Source: a virus (taxonomy: Duplodnaviria > Caudoviricetes). From it: DNA of 64,000 nucleotides. Shown here one piece after another: positions 60,581 to 64,000 of the stretch. A program made the position numbers and the translations under genes. The notes below the pieces were generated by a model. The model did not search any database. It worked only from the letters and a program-made list of their open reading frames with translations, and was not told the DNA's origin. Position 1 is the stretch's first letter. The number at the start of each line of letters is the position of its first letter. The DNA is taken from positions 1-64,000 of the IMG/VR virus record IMGVR_UViG_3300043579_000163. One strand, 5' to 3'.

Positions 60581-61039
60581 GTGAATAAGACATGTTTAAA
60601 GTGCAAGTGTGAAAAACCGATTGAGCTTTTCCGTTGGGTGAATTCCCACGGCAGACGAGTCAGGAATTCCCGATGTCAAGGTTGCTTCAATGAAACTCGG
60701 AGAAACCGGAGAATGGATGACGAGTTTAGAGAAACGCTCAACGCCAAGCGCCGAGACTCGGGGGAACGCGAAACAGCACAAAAACTATTCACTAAACGGC
60801 GACGGATGCTAGACCTGCTGAAAGCGGAGCGGGGCTGTTATATTTGTGGCGGAATGCTCCCTGCGGAATGTTTGGATTGGGACCACCTTCCCGGCAAGGA
60901 TAAACTATTTTCATTGGGGACAGAGGGTCCCCGACTCAGCATAGAGACGCTTTCTGAGGAGTTGGGCAAATGTCAGGTTCTTTGCTCCAACTGTCATCGA
61001 ACCCTGACCAAACAACGTAAGTGCTTGGAGGACAAGTAG
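60581..61039 (+). CDS. HNH endonuclease
   Basis: CLKC...CQGC; CYICG...LDWDH...KCQVLCSNCHRTLT. Confidence 0.85.
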   Translation: MNKTCLKCKCEKPIELFRWVNSHGRRVRNSRCQGCFNETRRNRRMDDEFRETLNAKRRDSGERETAQKLFTKRRRMLDLLKAERGCYICGGMLPAECLDWDHLPGKDKLFSLGTEGPRLSIETLSEELGKCQVLCSNCHRTLTKQRKCLEDK

Positions 61040-62059
61040 ATGGCAGTAATAACCAGCATCGTGGTGGCAGGAGTTGCCGCTGCATCTGCCGCAGGCGCAG
61101 CAGCCGCAAAGAAACACGCCGCCGACAAGGCCGCACACGCTCAGAGCGTCGCTCTGAAGGGAGAGAAGAAAATCCTCGGAGAGGAACTCGGTTACAGCCG
61201 CGTTAACCAGCAGGCCGTGGACGCCGAGCGCGCGCGGGCCAAAGAGCGCATTCGGATGCAGGAGGAAATTGACCCGGAGCTGGCGCAACTTCGGAAGTTG
61301 GGCAAGCAACAGCTCTTGGAAGAAGCGCAGAAGCCGGGCGCGAGCCGCGAGTCCGTCCAGGTTGCCAAGCAACTTTTCACGGAGAACATCCAGCCCGACA
61401 AAGGTCTTGAGCAGCTAAAGGACCAAATCATCAGCAAGGCGCAGGCTAAGCTGTCCCAGGGCGCAACGCTGCCCCCAGAATTTCAGGCGGAGTTGGTCCG
61501 TGCCGGTGTGAGCCAGGGCGCACAAGCTGGGTTAAAACCGACACAAAGCACTGTGGGAGGTCGGCTATATCAGGCATTAGGCAGCGCAGGCGTTGCCCTC
61601 GAAGCGCAGCGGAATCAGGAAGCACAGAATCTCGCGCAGACTGCGTCGGGGCTTCAGGAGTCCCGTGCGAAAATTCTATCATCCATTTTCCCGACCATCA
61701 GCCAAAGCGAGCAGTCGCAGCGTCAGATAGCTGCCGGCAATTTCGGCGTCGGAGAGGCCACTCTTCCACAGGGCGGCTTGACTGGAGCGGAGGCGGCGAA
61801 CCTGCAAATCAATCGTGGTAACACGCTGTTGAAAATTCGTGGTCAACAAGGCCAAGTGAAGGCGCAGCAAGCCTTGGCTGCTGGTGAAGCGAACGCGGCA
61901 TATATCAAGGCCGGCGGACAATTTGTCTCGGGCGCGCTCGGCGCTTTCGGGGGAGGTGGGGTCGGTGGCATGAACGTCGGGGGCGGAGAAGGAGGCACCG
62001 CCGCCTTTCAAGGCACCTCGGCTCAAGGTCTCGCCAATCTTCGGAATCAATATAGCTAA
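61040..62059 (+). CDS. Internal virion/DNA ejection protein (probable)
   Basis: N-terminal hydrophobic Ala/Gly helix, Gln/Ala-rich coiled coil, after the GNAT gene. Confidence 0.6.
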   Translation: MAVITSIVVAGVAAASAAGAAAAKKHAADKAAHAQSVALKGEKKILGEELGYSRVNQQAVDAERARAKERIRMQEEIDPELAQLRKLGKQQLLEEAQKPGASRESVQVAKQLFTENIQPDKGLEQLKDQIISKAQAKLSQGATLPPEFQAELVRAGVSQGAQAGLKPTQSTVGGRLYQALGSAGVALEAQRNQEAQNLAQTASGLQESRAKILSSIFPTISQSEQSQRQIAAGNFGVGEATLPQGGLTGAEAANLQINRGNTLLKIRGQQGQVKAQQALAAGEANAAYIKAGGQFVSGALGAFGGGGVGGMNVGGGEGGTAAFQGTSAQGLANLRNQYS

Positions 62060-62062
62060 TTT

Positions 62063-63472
62063 ATGCCCGGCATCGCAGAATTACAACCGGTTCAGATTCA
62101 GGCCAACTCGGTTGGAGCCGTCACCAATCCAAACGTGGACACATCCTCTCTGGGAGTTCTCCCAGAGTTCAAGGACTTCATGGACGCATACCGGCAGGGA
62201 GTCATCACCGCCGAGGACATCAGGAAGCGCGAGATTGTCGGCACTACCGGCTACGAAGCGGAGCGTGCGCAGAACGTCGCGGCCAAGAGCGGTGCGGAGC
62301 AGATGAATCTCGACGTAAACGAAATCCGTCCGATTCAACGAGAGCTGGCGAAGGCTACCGCGCAGGGCGGCGTGGAACAGCAGACTCTGCTGAACCAGAT
62401 GAACAGCCAGGACCCGAACATCGCATTGCCCGCGCAGGAAGCTTTCCACAAACGGCAGGACCAACTTGCGGCCATCAAAGTTTTCGGCACCGCAACTCCG
62501 AAGCTCGAAATCAATGCGGAGGTGAAGCCCGAACCCTTCGACGAGTGGGTGAACCGTCAGGCAAACGCTTTTCAGGGGACCCCCGATGCTCGCGCAGTTT
62601 ACGAAACGCAGCTCCGTCTCGCAGGAGAAAAAGGTGATGAGTATCAGTCCGCTGTCTCTGCGGCAAAAAGTCGCACGCGTAATCTGGAGCCCGGGACGCC
62701 CGAGTATGACCTGGAGCTATCTCGACGTGTCGACAAATCACTCACGCTTTCCCAGCATCGGGCAATTCAGCTTGAGGCTCTGAAGGAATTCAGCAAGGCC
62801 CAGGGCAAGGCTGCCGGCGAGGCTCCGGCGGAAGCCGTGAAGAACCAGACCGCTGCCGCCAAGGACCTGCGGACCTCTTTCAACGGGGTCAAGGAAATCG
62901 ACGACTTCGCGAAGGTGAACTCGGCCTACAGCGGCATTCTGGCGTTGACGGACCCGACGATTCCCTCGAGCCCACTACGCGACCAGGGCGTCATTTATCA
63001 ATGGATGAAGCTGCTAGACCCCAGTTCGACAGTTCGAGAAGGGGAGTATGCCAGCGTAAAAAACGCGAGGGGGGTCCCAGAGAAAATCCGCAACTGGTGG
63101 AACCAGACCTTGTCGGGAGAAATCCTTACCCCAGGACAGCGCAAGGAGCTGCGAGAGGCCGCTGCTCCCGTGTGGCAGTCTCACGTCCCCGCTTCGCGAA
63201 TCAAGCAATACACGGAACTCGAACGCTCTGCTGGTCTTTCTCCCGGGACCGTGGTCCCGATTGAATACCGCGCGGCTGTCGAAGCAACCACTCAGCCCGT
63301 CCCCAGCACCGCCGCGCGGGTGGGCTCTCAGGCGCCGCGCCCGACCGTTGAGGACCAGAATGCAGCACCGACCGTTGCCACACCCGCAGATGCTCAGAAT
63401 CTTCCTCCCACGGTTCAATTCTTCAAGGACCCGAATGGTGTTCTTCGGGTCAACCCAAATTACACCCCTTGA
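62063..63472 (+). CDS. Internal virion/DNA ejection protein (probable)
   Basis: Helical Gln/Ala-rich; KLLDPSSTVREGEY motif seen in podovirus ejection proteins (recalled). Confidence 0.6.
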   Translation: MPGIAELQPVQIQANSVGAVTNPNVDTSSLGVLPEFKDFMDAYRQGVITAEDIRKREIVGTTGYEAERAQNVAAKSGAEQMNLDVNEIRPIQRELAKATAQGGVEQQTLLNQMNSQDPNIALPAQEAFHKRQDQLAAIKVFGTATPKLEINAEVKPEPFDEWVNRQANAFQGTPDARAVYETQLRLAGEKGDEYQSAVSAAKSRTRNLEPGTPEYDLELSRRVDKSLTLSQHRAIQLEALKEFSKAQGKAAGEAPAEAVKNQTAAAKDLRTSFNGVKEIDDFAKVNSAYSGILALTDPTIPSSPLRDQGVIYQWMKLLDPSSTVREGEYASVKNARGVPEKIRNWWNQTLSGEILTPGQRKELREAAAPVWQSHVPASRIKQYTELERSAGLSPGTVVPIEYRAAVEATTQPVPSTAARVGSQAPRPTVEDQNAAPTVATPADAQNLPPTVQFFKDPNGVLRVNPNYTP

Positions 63473-63497
63473 CGGGGGGCCCATGTTGAACTAATTT
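63469..63497 (+). promoter_or_regulatory. Class I-like promoter, leaderless
   Basis: TTGACG-17-TAATTT-5-ATG. Confidence 0.6.
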
Positions 63498-63502
63498 AGG
63501 CA

Positions 63503-63808
63503 ATGACAATGCTATTTGCTGTTCTTTTTGTTCTGGCCTTCTATTCGCAGATTCTGGCGGGCTTAGACCGCCTTACCGCGGATTTGGAGGCGTCCCTCCT
63601 GCTCCTGTGCCAGTTCCTTTGGACACTCTTAAAGTGGGGTGTCATGGGCGTGGCCTTATTCTTCCTCGGTAGGTATTTTTACCTATACTGGACAGGGATT
63701 GTCGGGATGGCTTTTTTCATACTGGCCCTCTCTGTTCCAGGATTTTTTATTTTCAGGCTCTTAAGGTGGGTTCGGGGTGAGGATTACTGGCCCAAAAGCT
63801 ATGTCTGA
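63503..63808 (+). CDS. Multi-pass small membrane protein
   Basis: Three to four hydrophobic segments; own promoter (possible superinfection-exclusion-type gene). Confidence 0.65.
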   Translation: MTMLFAVLFVLAFYSQILAGLDRLTADLEASLLLLCQFLWTLLKWGVMGVALFFLGRYFYLYWTGIVGMAFFILALSVPGFFIFRLLRWVRGEDYWPKSYV

Positions 63809-64000
63809 AAAGGAAAAATTAAAATCTTTCCGAGCCGACTTCATTCGATTCATTCGAGGGTTGAAATCCGAAAATCCCTGCCCTGACTGTGGTGGGGTGT
63901 TTCATCCCGTTTGTATGGATTTTGACCACGTTCGAGGAACTAAAAAATTTATTCTCTCAGAAGGGTGTCACCGTTCAATGGACGAAATTCGGGAGGAACT
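63801..64000 (+). CDS. HNH endonuclease, 3' truncated (not in ORF track)
   Basis: MSEKEKLK...NPCPDCGGVFHPVCMDFDHVRGTKKF, same type as 31716 and 60581. Confidence 0.8.
   Translation, partial: MSEKEKLKSFRADFIRFIRGLKSENPCPDCGGVFHPVCMDFDHVRGTKKFILSEGCHRSMDEIREE

Noticed and set aside
1-64000. CRISPR array or cas operon
   Set aside because: No regularly spaced 25-40 bp repeats with unique spacers were seen; the Cas4-like nuclease sits in a standard phage replication block

Overview
The window is most of a tailed dsDNA bacteriophage genome, probably with a short podovirus-type tail; it is cut inside a collagen-like fibre gene at the left end and inside an HNH gene at the right end. It has two divergent arms that separate at an AT-rich inverted repeat (30277-30387). 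The minus-strand arm (30281 to 2229) carries many small hypothetical genes around a replication block: SF2 helicase, DUF2800-like nuclease, an Endonuclease VII fused to an SSB-like protein, a histone-fold-like protein, family A DNA polymerase, primase-helicase, sigma factor, RuvC-like resolvase, metallophosphoesterase, UvrD-like helicase and a GT4 glycosyltransferase. The plus-strand arm (30525 to the end, plus 1-2269) carries a probable small terminase, a serine recombinase, a ~1 kb non-coding RNA cluster, a sulfotransferase/GDP-sugar epimerase/glycosyltransferase set, then terminase, portal, scaffold, major capsid, fibres, tail tube, 2OG-Fe(II) oxygenase, GNAT and ejection proteins. The most unusual signals are: (i) three tRNA-like RNAs (acceptor stem plus T-arm) with large folded inserts, set in hairpin-dense non-coding clusters, one behind an rRNA-type boxA; (ii) a candidate virion glycosylation/sulfation system; (iii) two promoter classes, one giving leaderless mRNAs and one, upstream of late genes, that may be read by the phage sigma factor; (iv) a phage histone-like protein. 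All calls come from motifs and base pairing read by eye plus gene order; no database search or folding program was run, and family names are from memory.
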